Assembly: GCA_039588055.1 (NCBI GenBank)
Contig: JBDHAN010000003.1
Coordinates: 8,249 to 72,248 of the forward strand
Length of the DNA: 64,000 nt
Direction: 5' to 3'
DNA from: Gemmatimonadota bacterium
GTDB lineage: Bacteria; Gemmatimonadota; Gemmatimonadetes; Gemmatimonadales; GWC2-71-9
Part shown: positions 9,193-19,637 of the stretch, piece by piece
How the letters are laid out: the number at the start of each line of letters is the position of its first letter
Numbering within the stretch: the first letter of the stretch is position 1
Notes under the pieces: generated by a model
What the model was told of the DNA's origin: nothing
What the model saw: only the letters and a program-made list of their open reading frames with translations
The model's database searches: none
Position numbers and translations under genes: made by a program

Positions 9193-11318
9193 GCGCGTTC
9201 ACAGTGCGCACGGAGCACGGTATCGGGTGGCTCGAGCTCGACCTGCCGGACGAACCCGTGAACAAGATGACGCGTGGTGTGCGCGAAGAGCTCGGTAGCT
9301 GGCTAGACCGGCTTGGTGCCGACGGGGATGTGCGATCTATCGTCTTGATCTCTCGGAAGCCCGGGTCGTTCATTGCCGGGGCGGACATCGATGAGTTCTT
9401 AGCGCTCAGGTCGCGTGATGAAGCACACGCGCTGGTTCGCTCGGGCCAAGAGCTCGTCGGCCGACTGGGCCGACTTGGTAAGCCGGTGGTTGCCGCCATT
9501 CATGGCGCGTGTCTGGGCGGCGGATTGGAAGCAGCGCTTGCCTGTACGTACCGCATTGCGACCGATGATGCGAAAACCCGCATTGGACTTCCCGAGGTAC
9601 AGCTTGGGATCATTCCCGCCGCCGGTGGTTGCCAGCGGTTGCCGCGTTTGATCGGTGTCCGAAACGCCTTGGACATGATTCTGGCGGGTAAACAACTGCC
9701 GGCCCGGCGGGCCTTCCGGAAGGGCATCGTCGACGAAGTCGTGCATCCGGCCATCCTCGAGCGGGTTGCGTCTGAGACAGCAGAGAGGCTCGCTGGTGGG
9801 TGGCGGCCCAAGCGCCGAAACATCGCACTTGCGCAGCTTGCATTGGACCGGAACCCCCTGGGCCGGCGAGTCGTGTATGCGGCGGCCCGAAAGCAGCTCC
9901 AGAAGAAGACGGGAGGACACTACCCCGCACCGGCCGCAGCGCTTCGTGCCGTAGAGCACGGTCTCAAGCACGGCGAGGACGCTGGGCTCGACATCGAAGC
10001 GACACTGTTTGCGGAACTCGCAGTCGGCGATGTCTCGCGGAATCTCGTACGGATCTTCTTTGCAACGACCGCCCTCAAGAAGGACTGGGGGATTGCTGGC
10101 GAGCCACCCGCGCCCAAGCCCGTAGCCAATATTGGTGTGGTCGGCGCGGGTTTCATGGGCGCGGCCATCGGTGGGGTAGCGGTTTCCCAGGGAGGGGTTG
10201 ATGTCCGCCTGAAGGATCGTGATGTCGCCAGCGTCGGCCGCGGCCTCGCGATGGCGCGCGGCGTTCTTCGAGATCGCCGTAAGCGGGGCCGGATCAGTAC
10301 GTACGAATACCGCCGTCTGGAGCCATTGCTGTCGGGATCCGCAAGTTGGCAAGGCTTTCGGCGAGCGGATGTCGTGGTCGAGGCGGTGTTTGAAGAGCTT
10401 GCTGTGAAGCACGCGGTGTTAGGTGAGCTCGAGCAGCACGTGCGGGACGACTGTGTGATCGCGTCGAACACGAGCACGATTCCGATCGCCCAAATTGCCC
10501 AGGTGCTCTCGCACCCCGAGCGCATGCTGGGAATGCACTTCTTCTCACCGGTCGAGAAGATGCCGCTGCTGGAAGTGATCGTGACCGATAAGACGGCGGC
10601 CTGGGCGACCGTGACGGCCGTTGCTTTCGGCCGCGAGCTGGGCAAGACGGTCATCGTCGTCAGAGACGAGCCGGGGTTTTGGGTAAACCGCATACTTGCC
10701 CCGTACCTCAACGAAGCCGGCAGGCTACTGGAAGAGGGTGTGACCGTCGAAGCGATTGATCGGGCGATGACACGCTTCGGATTCCCGGTGGGGCCGGTCA
10801 CGCTGCTGGACGAAGTCGGGCTGGACGTTGCGCAGAAAGCGTCAATCGTGTTGTTCGAGGCGTTCGGCGATCGGTTGAAGCCGACACCCGGTATCGAGCG
10901 GCTCATTGAAGACGGGCGCCTGGGGCGCAAGAACGGCCGTGGTTTCTACGCGTACGAGCAGGGGAAACGTCGGGACGTCGATCAGACTGCATACGAGATC
11001 ATCGGCGCGATGCCCGATTCACAAGTCCCGCGCGAGGACGTCGACGCGCGGTTGGTATTCGCGATGCTGAACGAAGCAGCACGTGCACTGGACGAGCACG
11101 TCATCCGAACGCCTCGCGACGGTGACATCGGAGCGGTGTTCGGCATCGGGTTTCCGGCGTTCCGAGGCGGGCCACTGCGGTATCTCAGCGAGCTGGGCGT
11201 TCGGCATGCCGTTGAGACCCTTGAAGAGCTGGCACAGAAGTACGGTGACCGCTTTGCACCCTGTGTGCGTCTCACGCGCATGGCCGCGGGCGATCAGAGC
11301 TTCTATCCACGGCCCTGA
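9189..11318 (+). CDS. fadJ: Fatty acid oxidation complex alpha subunit (enoyl-CoA hydratase / 3-hydroxyacyl-CoA dehydrogenase)
   Basis: AGADI, GGGLE, PEVQLG, GAGFMG, SNTS, HFFSP. ATGA overlap with fadI. Confidence 0.92.
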   Translation: MSAFTVRTEHGIGWLELDLPDEPVNKMTRGVREELGSWLDRLGADGDVRSIVLISRKPGSFIAGADIDEFLALRSRDEAHALVRSGQELVGRLGRLGKPVVAAIHGACLGGGLEAALACTYRIATDDAKTRIGLPEVQLGIIPAAGGCQRLPRLIGVRNALDMILAGKQLPARRAFRKGIVDEVVHPAILERVASETAERLAGGWRPKRRNIALAQLALDRNPLGRRVVYAAARKQLQKKTGGHYPAPAAALRAVEHGLKHGEDAGLDIEATLFAELAVGDVSRNLVRIFFATTALKKDWGIAGEPPAPKPVANIGVVGAGFMGAAIGGVAVSQGGVDVRLKDRDVASVGRGLAMARGVLRDRRKRGRISTYEYRRLEPLLSGSASWQGFRRADVVVEAVFEELAVKHAVLGELEQHVRDDCVIASNTSTIPIAQIAQVLSHPERMLGMHFFSPVEKMPLLEVIVTDKTAAWATVTAVAFGRELGKTVIVVRDEPGFWVNRILAPYLNEAGRLLEEGVTVEAIDRAMTRFGFPVGPVTLLDEVGLDVAQKASIVLFEAFGDRLKPTPGIERLIEDGRLGRKNGRGFYAYEQGKRRDVDQTAYEIIGAMPDSQVPREDVDARLVFAMLNEAARALDEHVIRTPRDGDIGAVFGIGFPAFRGGPLRYLSELGVRHAVETLEELAQKYGDRFAPCVRLTRMAAGDQSFYPRP

Positions 11319-11333
11319 GACAGCGACCGGCCT

Positions 11334-12263
11334 GTGCTTCGAAGCGCGTTTCTCTGGCTCAGCGAACGGAATGACGTGTTCGAGTTCATCAAGCGCAACA
11401 ACATGGCTCGGCACGTCGCGTCCCGGTTTGTCGCTGGCGAGACGCTCGAGAGCGCGATCGAGGTCGGTCGGTCCCTGAACGCTCGCGGCCTCAGCGTGAG
11501 TCTCGATCTCCTCGGAGAAAGTGTCGCGAATGCGGAGGCGACCCGAGGAGCACGTGACGAAGTTGTGCGGACGGTGGAGGGCGTGGCGGCGGCCAAGCTC
11601 GACGGCAACGTCTCAGTCAAGCTCACGCAGTTGGGGCTCGATATTAGCTTCGACCTGTGCGCTGAGAATATGTGCAGCGTGCTGGTGTGCGCCCGAGAAG
11701 TCGGTGTGTTTGTGCGGATGGACATGGAGAGTTCTGAACACACGGAGTCTACGCTGCGGCTCTTTCACGAGGTACAACCGGAGTTTGGCGACAGCACCGG
11801 CGTCGTCATCCAGAGTTATCTCAGGCGCTCAAAAGCCGATGTCGATCAGCTCGTAACAGATGGGGCGCGGGTGCGGCTGTGTAAAGGCGCCTATGCGGAA
11901 CCGGCGGAGGTGGCTTTCCAGAAGCGAGGGGAGGTGAACGCCTCGTTCGGAACGCTGATGCGGGCACTCCTCGAAAGGGGAAACTTCCCGGGTATTGCGA
12001 CACACGACGAAGAACTGATTGACGAAACGATTGCGTACACGGGCAAGCAGAATATCCCGGCCGACCGGTTTGAGTTTCAAATGTTGTATGGCGTTCGCCG
12101 GGACCTCCAGGATTCGCTTCACGGGCGCGGCTATAACATGCGGGTGTACGTCCCGTTTGGAACGCGCTGGTATCCCTATCTCATGCGACGTCTCGCCGAA
12201 CGGCCAAGCAACGTTGCGTTCATGGCCAGGAGCTTGGTCAAGGAAAGCCTGGGCGCACGGTGA
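11334..12263 (+). CDS. Monofunctional proline dehydrogenase
   Basis: RFVAGE, SVKLTQLG, DMES, RLCKGAY, ATHD, FQMLYG, YLMRRLAERP. Confidence 0.93.
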   Translation: MLRSAFLWLSERNDVFEFIKRNNMARHVASRFVAGETLESAIEVGRSLNARGLSVSLDLLGESVANAEATRGARDEVVRTVEGVAAAKLDGNVSVKLTQLGLDISFDLCAENMCSVLVCAREVGVFVRMDMESSEHTESTLRLFHEVQPEFGDSTGVVIQSYLRRSKADVDQLVTDGARVRLCKGAYAEPAEVAFQKRGEVNASFGTLMRALLERGNFPGIATHDEELIDETIAYTGKQNIPADRFEFQMLYGVRRDLQDSLHGRGYNMRVYVPFGTRWYPYLMRRLAERPSNVAFMARSLVKESLGAR

Positions 12264-12580
12264 CGGACGAAACGACCCTCGGCGGCTATCTCGAGACGCA
12301 TGCCCGCCCACCGGCGTTTGAGGGGGTGGATGGGCACGCCTACTCGGCGGCTGCGTATGTCGACGACATGCCCGACGACGACGGTCGATTCGGGGCAGCA
12401 CTACTATTCATCCGATGGTCGGACGCGGGAGACCACCCGGTCGGGCACTTGGAAACCCCCTACCTCGCACACGCTACGACGTCTGCCGAGGCTGGGGCAA
12501 CGGTAGCGAACCTCACCCTCTATGAGGTGAAGCGTCAGCTCGACCGAGCGATCGCGGCAGCACGGGAGTTGTCGACCTGA
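12260..12580 (+). CDS. Hypothetical protein
   Basis: GTGA overlap with the upstream gene; protein-like sequence (RPPAFEGxDG, GHLET). Confidence 0.7.
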   Translation: MTDETTLGGYLETHARPPAFEGVDGHAYSAAAYVDDMPDDDGRFGAALLFIRWSDAGDHPVGHLETPYLAHATTSAEAGATVANLTLYEVKRQLDRAIAAARELST

Positions 12581-12600
12581 GTCAGTCCCAACACGCCGTC

Positions 12601-13503
12601 GTGCTGTCCAAGACCGGAGGGCGGTACCGGCTGTACATGGACGGTACCGTACTGGACGCAGCACTGCGAGGTCGGCTCAAGCAAGGGCGCAAACGCGTTC
12701 TCGTCGGCGATCTGGTCCGTGTGGCGTTTCACCGCGATCAGTCGACCACGATCGAGGACGTTGAACCACGGCGCTCACTCTTGCGTCGGCGTAGTCCGGG
12801 ACGATCGCATGGTGTGCGACCGGTTGCCGCAAACGTCGACCAGGTTGTCGTGGTCGGGGCCGCGAGAGAACCCGCATGGGATGCGCAGCTGATCGATCGA
12901 TTCGTAGCGGTTGCAGCGGCGAGTGATGTGCCGGCCGTTGTGGTCGCCAACAAGTGTGACTTGAGCGACACCTGTGAGACGCTCCTCCACCCGTACGCGC
13001 AGGCCGGGTATCCCGTCGTCGCCACCAGTGTGCCGGAGCAACGAGGACTCGGTCCCCTGCGCACACACTTGACCGGTCGCACCACGGTGTTCACGGGTCC
13101 CACCGGTGTCGGGAAGTCGAGTCTCCTCAACGCGCTGCAGCCGGGCCTGAGACTTCGAACGGGAGCGGTGAGTGCCAAGTCTAAAGGTGGCCGGCACACC
13201 ACGGTGGCGGCGGAGGCCTATCCGTTCGGGAGCGACGGCTTGGTGGTCGACACGCCGGGCTTGCGTGACATCGGGCTTTGGGGGCTCGAACCGCTCGAAG
13301 TTGCGGCAGCGTTTCCGGAATTTGCCGAGCTCGCCAGCGGCTGTCGGTTCGATGACTGTCGCCACCTGGAAGAACCTGGATGTGCCGTGTCGGCCGCCGT
13401 AGCGAGCGGTGTGCTGGCCAAGACTCGACTCACCTCCTACCGGCGGTTGCTCGAGGAAGCGGAGCAGGCTGCGCGCCCGTGGAAGTCGGGAGGCTCGAGG
13501 TGA
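12601..13503 (+). CDS. rsgA: Ribosome small subunit-dependent GTPase A
   Basis: Permuted GTPase order NKCD, GPTGVGKS, HTT, DTPG, plus Zn site CRFDDCRHLEEPGC. Start may be CTG at 12577. Confidence 0.95.
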   Translation: MLSKTGGRYRLYMDGTVLDAALRGRLKQGRKRVLVGDLVRVAFHRDQSTTIEDVEPRRSLLRRRSPGRSHGVRPVAANVDQVVVVGAAREPAWDAQLIDRFVAVAAASDVPAVVVANKCDLSDTCETLLHPYAQAGYPVVATSVPEQRGLGPLRTHLTGRTTVFTGPTGVGKSSLLNALQPGLRLRTGAVSAKSKGGRHTTVAAEAYPFGSDGLVVDTPGLRDIGLWGLEPLEVAAAFPEFAELASGCRFDDCRHLEEPGCAVSAAVASGVLAKTRLTSYRRLLEEAEQAARPWKSGGSR

Positions 13504-14747
13504 ACGGCGCCACACGACTTCCGCTCGTGGCACCGTTCGTGGGTGAGCGGTTTGCCGCCGTCGATCGGTTGGGCGCGTTGTTGGCGCCACCCTATGATGT
13601 GATTACGCCTCCCCAACGCACGACGCTGGCCTGCAATCCAGAGAATATCGTGCACCTGATTCTGCCACGAGGTGAGCCGAACCCCTACACCGCCGCTGCG
13701 CGGACATTGGCACAATGGAGAGATCGCGGTGTCGTCCTTCCCGACGAGCGTCCTGCGCTGACGGTCGTGCAGCAGACGTTCGCGAACCCTGACGGCAGGG
13801 AGCGGGTTCGGACCGGTCTGATTGGCGGCATTGCGGCCGAGGCATTTGCGTTGGGTAGAGTGAAACCGCATGAGCGCACCCACGCCGGACCGAAAGAAGA
13901 CCGTCTGGCGTTGGCGCGAGCGACCAGGGCGATGTTCGAGGCTCTGCTCCTCTTTGCGCGAGATCAGAGTGGTGCACTGCAGGGACTCCTTCACTCGGTC
14001 GCGGAGCGCGAGCCGGACGCGCGGGCAGAGCTCGATGACGGCACACTCGCGTTGTGGAAGGTGGATGGCCGATTGTCAGAGAAGATCTCGATGTCGGCCG
14101 GACAGGGCTCGCTCTACATCGGCGACGGCCATCATCGATATGAGACAGCCATCCAATATCGAGTGGAGAACCCGAAGGCGGCACGCTTCCCCGCGTTGAT
14201 CGTTCCGCTCAATGATCCCGGTGTCACCGTGCTTCCAACTCACCGTCTGATATTCGGTGGGCCGCTCGACTCAGAGAAGGTGGTGAGTGACATCCGCAAG
14301 CGGTTTCAGATTCGCGAGTTGTCAAATGTGCACGAGGGAGAGCAGGAACTGGCGCTGCTTGAAGAGCGAGGGACGGCCTGTGTCCTGCTGCTGCCGGGTT
14401 TGCGTGCGCTGGCTCTTCTTCTCAAGCCGCGCCAGCATCTCGATCAGCTCCTGGCTACGACAGATGCGGTTGTGGGCGCGTTGGACGTGGCGCGCCTCGA
14501 TCAAGTGCTGGTGGCACCACTTGTGGCGGCTGCGGGCCCCAGTGCGCGCGTCGGATACAGCGCTCGAGTGCAAGAGGTAGTGACGCAGGTTGCAGAAGGT
14601 ACTGCCTCGGCCGGGCTGCTCCTCAATCCGACGAAGCTGGCGCAAGTGCTTGCAGTGGCGGACGCGGGTCAGACGATGCCGCAGAAGTCCACCTACTTCA
14701 TGCCGAAGGTCCCCAGCGGTATCGTGGGAATGGACTATGACAAGTAG
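13500..14747 (+). CDS. DUF1015 family protein (ParB/Srx-like core)
   Basis: APPYDVI, PHERT, IGDGHHRY, PTHR, MPQKSTYFMPK. Confidence 0.88.
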   Translation: MNGATRLPLVAPFVGERFAAVDRLGALLAPPYDVITPPQRTTLACNPENIVHLILPRGEPNPYTAAARTLAQWRDRGVVLPDERPALTVVQQTFANPDGRERVRTGLIGGIAAEAFALGRVKPHERTHAGPKEDRLALARATRAMFEALLLFARDQSGALQGLLHSVAEREPDARAELDDGTLALWKVDGRLSEKISMSAGQGSLYIGDGHHRYETAIQYRVENPKAARFPALIVPLNDPGVTVLPTHRLIFGGPLDSEKVVSDIRKRFQIRELSNVHEGEQELALLEERGTACVLLLPGLRALALLLKPRQHLDQLLATTDAVVGALDVARLDQVLVAPLVAAAGPSARVGYSARVQEVVTQVAEGTASAGLLLNPTKLAQVLAVADAGQTMPQKSTYFMPKVPSGIVGMDYDK

Positions 14748-14809
14748 TCGGTTGGCACGGCGGCAGTCGTCTGCCGATGAACTTTACGTTCGATGTCGTG
14801 GAGGGAACC

Positions 14810-15061
14810 ATGAGCGCGCGCCCGCGTGAACGCATCCTGACGAATCTCGAGACGATCTATCGCGAGGCGTATGACCAGGCGTCCGCACTCGATGACAAAG
14901 CGCGCATGAGTCAGTTGGACTCCTCGTTCCAGCGAGAGCAGTTGATTCTCGAGGTGTTGCTGGACATCCGTGATATGCTGAGCGCCATCGGCGAGCCGTC
15001 CGCCTCTACTTCAGCGCTGAACAAGCTGGAGACCCTACGGAAGCTGACGAAGCTTCGTTGA
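14810..15061 (+). CDS. Small helical hypothetical protein
   Basis: GGAGG RBS upstream; amphipathic helices (QLILEVLLDIRD). Confidence 0.7.
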   Translation: MSARPRERILTNLETIYREAYDQASALDDKARMSQLDSSFQREQLILEVLLDIRDMLSAIGEPSASTSALNKLETLRKLTKLR

Positions 15062-15080
15062 GCCGCTATTATCCTGAGCC

Positions 15081-17225
15081 ATGACCTCCGGTTCTGAAAG
15101 TCACTCCCGAGTCCGCCCAAAGCGAAAGCGCCGCCCGAGGTTCGAGAAGCGTGAGCTGCTCGAGATGTACCGTATCATGCTGACGTCGCGCCGCCTGGAC
15201 GACAAGGAAATCCAGCTCAAGCGCCAGAACCGAATCTTCTTCCAGATCTCCGGCGCAGGGCACGAAGCCGTGCTCGTCGCAGCGGGCATGGTGCTGAAGC
15301 CTGGCTATGACTGGTTCTATACCTACTACCGAGATCGGGCGCTGTGCTTGGCGCTGGGGATGACACCGACGGAGATGCTTCTTTCTGCGGTGGCGGCGGC
15401 CGATGATCCTAACTCCGGTGGCCGCCAGATGCCGTCGCACTGGGGGCATAAAGACCTCAACATCGTGAGCTCGTCGAGTCCGACCGGTACACAGTTCTTG
15501 AATGGTGTTGGATGTGCCGAGGCATGGCTGCGCTACGATCGCATCACAGACATCGCCGACCGCAACGAGCAGATTGCACGTGATGAAGTTGTGCTCGTAA
15601 CCGCTGGCGACGGGACCACGAGTGAAGGCGAATTCTGGGAGGCGCTCAACACGGCGAGCAATCTGCAGCTCCCAGTGCTGTTTCTCATCGAAGACAACGG
15701 GTATGCGATCTCCGTGCCGGTCGAAGTGCAGACTGCCGGCGGATCAATTTCCAGCTTGGTGGCGTGCTTCCCGAACCTCTACGTCGACGATATGGATGGT
15801 TGCGATCCCGTGTTGTCCTACGAGGTGATGCAGAGCGCAGTCGCGCACTGTCGGGCACGTAAAGGACCGGCATTGGTTCATGCAGACGTCATCAGGCCGT
15901 ATTCCCACTCGCTGTCGGATGACGAAGTTCACTACAAGTCTCCGAGCGAGCGAGAGGAAGAGGCCCGTCGGGATCCGATTGTGACGTTCCCGGCGCGTCT
16001 CATCGACGAAGGCGTAGCGAGTGAGCTGGAGATTCAGGAAATCCAGCAGCGCGTGGAAGAGGAGATTGAGCTGGCGACGGACGTGGCGCTGGCCGCCCCG
16101 CAGCCCGCCGCCGAAACGGTGATGCAGTACGTCTACTCCCCGGATGTGGATCCAACCTCCGAGGCGTTTGACACCGAGGCTGAACCGCGGTTCGAGGGTG
16201 AACCGACGACGATGGTTGATCTTCTCAACCGCTGCATGCGGGACGAAATGGAGCGCGACGCCCGGATTGTGGTGTTTGGGCAGGACATAGCCGATGTGTC
16301 TCGGGAAGAGCATCTCGAGGAGGTGAAGGGCAAAGGGGGAGTGTTCAAAGTCACGTGGGGTCTGCAAAAGCGGTTCGGCAGCGACCGTGTGTACAACTCA
16401 CCGCTGGCCGAGGCAAACATCGTTGGCCGTGCGGTGGGGCTCGCCACCCGTGGAATCAAGCCGGTGGTGGAAATCCAGTTCTTCGATTATATCTGGCCGG
16501 CCTATCATCAGATTCGCAGCGAGCTCGCGCTCCTTCGGTGGAGGAGCAACAATGCGTTTAGCGCTCCGACGGTGGTGCGGGTGACATATGGCGGATATCT
16601 CAAGGGTGGAGGTGTCTATCACTCGCAGACCGGCGCGGCGATCTACACCGGCACACCGGGACTCCGAGTGGTGTGCCCATCGACGGCGCTCGACGCGAAT
16701 GGGCTCCTCCGCACTGCGATCCGGTGTGACGACCCGGTGATCTTCCTCGAGCATAAGCATCTCTATCGTCAGACGTACAACAAATCCGCCTATCCGGGCC
16801 CTGAGTTCATGATTCCCTTCGGCAAGGCCAAGGTGGTGAGAGACGGAAGTGACCTTACGGTGATCACCTATGGCGCTGTCGTTCAGCGCTCCCTCGTGGC
16901 GGCGAAGGAGCTCGAGGAGAACGAAGGAATCAGCGTCGAGGTCGTCGACCTTCGCTCGCTGAGCCCTGTCGACTGGGAGACGATCGAGATCTCGGTGAAG
17001 AAGACCAACAGGGTCATCGTAGCATACGAGGACTCTTTTTCGTGGGGTTACGGGGCCGAGATCGCGGCACGAGTGGCGGATGAGCTCTTTCCGTGGCTCG
17101 ATGCGCCAGTTCGTCGCGTCGCGTCGTTGGATGTGTTTGTGGCGTATGCGCCGCAACTCGAAGACGTGACGCTGCCGCAGGTGAATGATCTGGCGAACGC
17201 AATGCGGACGGTGGCGGCGTTCTAG
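15081..17225 (+). CDS. 2-oxoacid dehydrogenase E1, fused alpha/beta subunits (branched-chain/pyruvate type)
   Basis: TPP motif GDGTTSEG...EDN, HSLSDD, PLAE, EIQFFDY, YHSQ, FLEHK. Confidence 0.92.
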   Translation: MTSGSESHSRVRPKRKRRPRFEKRELLEMYRIMLTSRRLDDKEIQLKRQNRIFFQISGAGHEAVLVAAGMVLKPGYDWFYTYYRDRALCLALGMTPTEMLLSAVAAADDPNSGGRQMPSHWGHKDLNIVSSSSPTGTQFLNGVGCAEAWLRYDRITDIADRNEQIARDEVVLVTAGDGTTSEGEFWEALNTASNLQLPVLFLIEDNGYAISVPVEVQTAGGSISSLVACFPNLYVDDMDGCDPVLSYEVMQSAVAHCRARKGPALVHADVIRPYSHSLSDDEVHYKSPSEREEEARRDPIVTFPARLIDEGVASELEIQEIQQRVEEEIELATDVALAAPQPAAETVMQYVYSPDVDPTSEAFDTEAEPRFEGEPTTMVDLLNRCMRDEMERDARIVVFGQDIADVSREEHLEEVKGKGGVFKVTWGLQKRFGSDRVYNSPLAEANIVGRAVGLATRGIKPVVEIQFFDYIWPAYHQIRSELALLRWRSNNAFSAPTVVRVTYGGYLKGGGVYHSQTGAAIYTGTPGLRVVCPSTALDANGLLRTAIRCDDPVIFLEHKHLYRQTYNKSAYPGPEFMIPFGKAKVVRDGSDLTVITYGAVVQRSLVAAKELEENEGISVEVVDLRSLSPVDWETIEISVKKTNRVIVAYEDSFSWGYGAEIAARVADELFPWLDAPVRRVASLDVFVAYAPQLEDVTLPQVNDLANAMRTVAAF

Positions 17226-17246
17226 TTTCGAGCGGGTTCGGGGCGC

Positions 17247-19163
17247 CTACGATTTCGCAGGCCCTCGTCCCAATGCTTCCTTGATCTCATCGGCGGCATC
17301 GATCGCGGCTTCAACGTCGATCTGCAGCGCCCGTGCCTGTTGAGTGGCTGAGGTGAGATCCGAAAGGACTTCGTCGACGCCCGCCGAGCGGAGACGCAGC
17401 AGATCAAACCGGACGTTCTGAATCGCCAGTACACACGATTCGAACTGGGCCTCGATCTTGGACCGTCTTCCGGACAACTGCGCGAGTGTTTCCTGCTGTT
17501 TGCGCAGCAGGTCGAGACGACGCTCTCGCTCGGGGCTCGACCCCTCCTGCTCGAGTGCCTTGATCCGGTCGTCGAGATCCACGAGCGACGACTGGTCGAC
17601 GTTCCCTTCCATTTGTTGCAGCGTCCGCGCCAACTGGAGAGCACGCTCCATGAGCGCATTGACGGTCGGGCTGACATCTGGCAGCATGTCACGCTCGGCG
17701 TCAGGTAGGCGATCAACGAGGCGAGCGATCGCCCCCTGGTCCTTTTGCATTTGGTGAATCTGGCCGGCGAGACTACCGAACTCTCCGCTGATGGATTCAG
17801 GGAGCTCCACGACGGCGGGCCGCGCGGCAGGAAGACGCCCTTTGGATGGCGGAGGAAGTGCGTCGGCAGCCGGTGGGCGGTTCAGCACATCGCGCATGCT
17901 GTATCCGGCCGTCCACAGCCTGCCGTATTGCGAAGCGAGTCCAATGCCCCAGCCGATGGCAGGAAACAGAAACCACGGCGTCTCGAGTCCAGGTGCGACG
18001 ATGTTGAGCAGGAGCAACCCACCATTTACCGAGACGTACGACGCAAAATTGGCGCGGAACTTCCGCACGATTCCAGGCTCACCGGACGGCTTCTTCGCGT
18101 CGGGAGCCTGTTCCTCCCGGTGGCGCACAGCCCCACGCCGCGCCGCCGCCGCACGAGCGCTGCGCCGCGCCGGTGGACGCTTGCCTTCCTCGAACCAATC
18201 CCACCAGTCGGCGTCCTGGCGTCGCTGAGCTTGACGGGGACGAGCGGATGCCGCTCCTGCCTTGGGGCGGCGGGATAACGGCGAGCGAGGGCGATAGGGG
18301 CCGGAGCTCCGGCTCTCAAGTGCTCGTCGCAACGCATCCGCCGTCGGCCATCGGTCCTCGGCCTCCTTCTCGAGGCAGCGAATGACGGTGCTGGCCAAGT
18401 CTTCGGGGCAGTCGGGGCGGCTGTCGGTGATACTGGGAACGGGCTGGGTCACCTGCTTGAGGAGAATGCCGGCGACCGTGGGTGCCTTGAAGGGTACCTC
18501 TCCCGTCAGCATCTCGTAGGCAACGACGCCAAGCGAATAGATGTCGCTGCGGGCGTCGATCTCGCGTTCGCCAGCGGCCTGTTCGGGGCTCATGTAGGCG
18601 GGAGTGCCGATGGCCACGCCCGTACCGGTCAGCGTCCCTCCGCTGGCGTCGGTCAACGCCTTGGCGATACCGAAATCGGTGACCATCACTCGGCGGCGCG
18701 TGCCTTCGAGTAGCACGTTGTCGGGCTTGATGTCCCGGTGGATCACACTCATGGCGTGTGCGAGGCCGAGTGCGTCCGCCGTCTCCTTCATGATGCGGCG
18801 CGTTTCCTCTGTAGGAAGGCGCTCGCGGCGTCGCAGTCGAGCCGCCAGGGATTCGCCGTCTACGAATCCCATGACGAAGTACACGAGGCCCCCTTCTTCG
18901 CCGACGGCATGGATGGGAACGATGTGTGGGTGGGAGAGACGAGCGGCCGTCTGCGCCTCCCGTATGAACCGCTTGCGGATCTCTTCGCGAAACGCGAGTT
19001 CCGGCGGCAGGACCTTGATTGCGACGCGGCGTCGCAGCTTGAGGTCACGGGCGCTGAACACAATGCCCATGCCGCCCCGACCGATTTCCCCCTCGAGGTC
19101 GTAGGCGTCAGTTAAGACGTCGGCAAGCCGCGCTGCCAGTGGTCCTGGTGTGGCCTCGTCCAT
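17247..19163 (-). CDS. Hanks-type Ser/Thr kinase with 2TM domain and C-terminal coiled coil
   Basis: GRGGMG, VAIK, HRDIKPDN, DFG, YMSPE, then a WFLFPAIGWG membrane hairpin. Confidence 0.92.
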   Translation of the reverse strand: MDEATPGPLAARLADVLTDAYDLEGEIGRGGMGIVFSARDLKLRRRVAIKVLPPELAFREEIRKRFIREAQTAARLSHPHIVPIHAVGEEGGLVYFVMGFVDGESLAARLRRRERLPTEETRRIMKETADALGLAHAMSVIHRDIKPDNVLLEGTRRRVMVTDFGIAKALTDASGGTLTGTGVAIGTPAYMSPEQAAGEREIDARSDIYSLGVVAYEMLTGEVPFKAPTVAGILLKQVTQPVPSITDSRPDCPEDLASTVIRCLEKEAEDRWPTADALRRALESRSSGPYRPRSPLSRRPKAGAASARPRQAQRRQDADWWDWFEEGKRPPARRSARAAAARRGAVRHREEQAPDAKKPSGEPGIVRKFRANFASYVSVNGGLLLLNIVAPGLETPWFLFPAIGWGIGLASQYGRLWTAGYSMRDVLNRPPAADALPPPSKGRLPAARPAVVELPESISGEFGSLAGQIHQMQKDQGAIARLVDRLPDAERDMLPDVSPTVNALMERALQLARTLQQMEGNVDQSSLVDLDDRIKALEQEGSSPERERRLDLLRKQQETLAQLSGRRSKIEAQFESCVLAIQNVRFDLLRLRSAGVDEVLSDLTSATQQARALQIDVEAAIDAADEIKEALGRGPAKS

Positions 19164-19245
19164 GTAGCATATGCTCCAGACCGGGGGTAGATTAACGTAC
19201 CCCAAATACCTGGGCAACCTGAACCGACTCCACATTGAGGCTCAG

Positions 19246-19491
19246 ATGCGCTGGGTGACGGATGATGCGGGACGCCGCTGGTCCGCCGAACGCGTCGGCC
19301 GGACGTCGGGACTCGTCCCGACAAAAAAGCTCAAGACGACATTTCCGGAGCCGGCTGACATCGTGCGCTTCGAGTGTGTCTCAGACACGTCGGAACCGGC
19401 TCGCGAGGTGCAGGCTCGCGCCGGTCTGCTCGAGCAACTCACTGACACGGAATTGCGAGCCCTCTTGAACGTTGCCCCCCGGGCACCGTGA
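19246..19491 (+). CDS. Small hypothetical protein
   Basis: GAGG RBS; DxxGRRW...LxDxEL pattern; fills the gap upstream of lon. Confidence 0.6.
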   Translation: MRWVTDDAGRRWSAERVGRTSGLVPTKKLKTTFPEPADIVRFECVSDTSEPAREVQARAGLLEQLTDTELRALLNVAPRAP

Positions 19492-19637
19492 CCTCCCTCT
19501 GGTGCCCGAGCATACACCGTAGCCGGCACCTTCCAGCCCCGATACGTTTGGCAGGAACATCGATCGCGATCGGAGTGTTGAACCCACGGAATCGGTAGCG
19601 TGCCCGAGGGGTACGATGCCAGTCAACCGGGCGTTGT

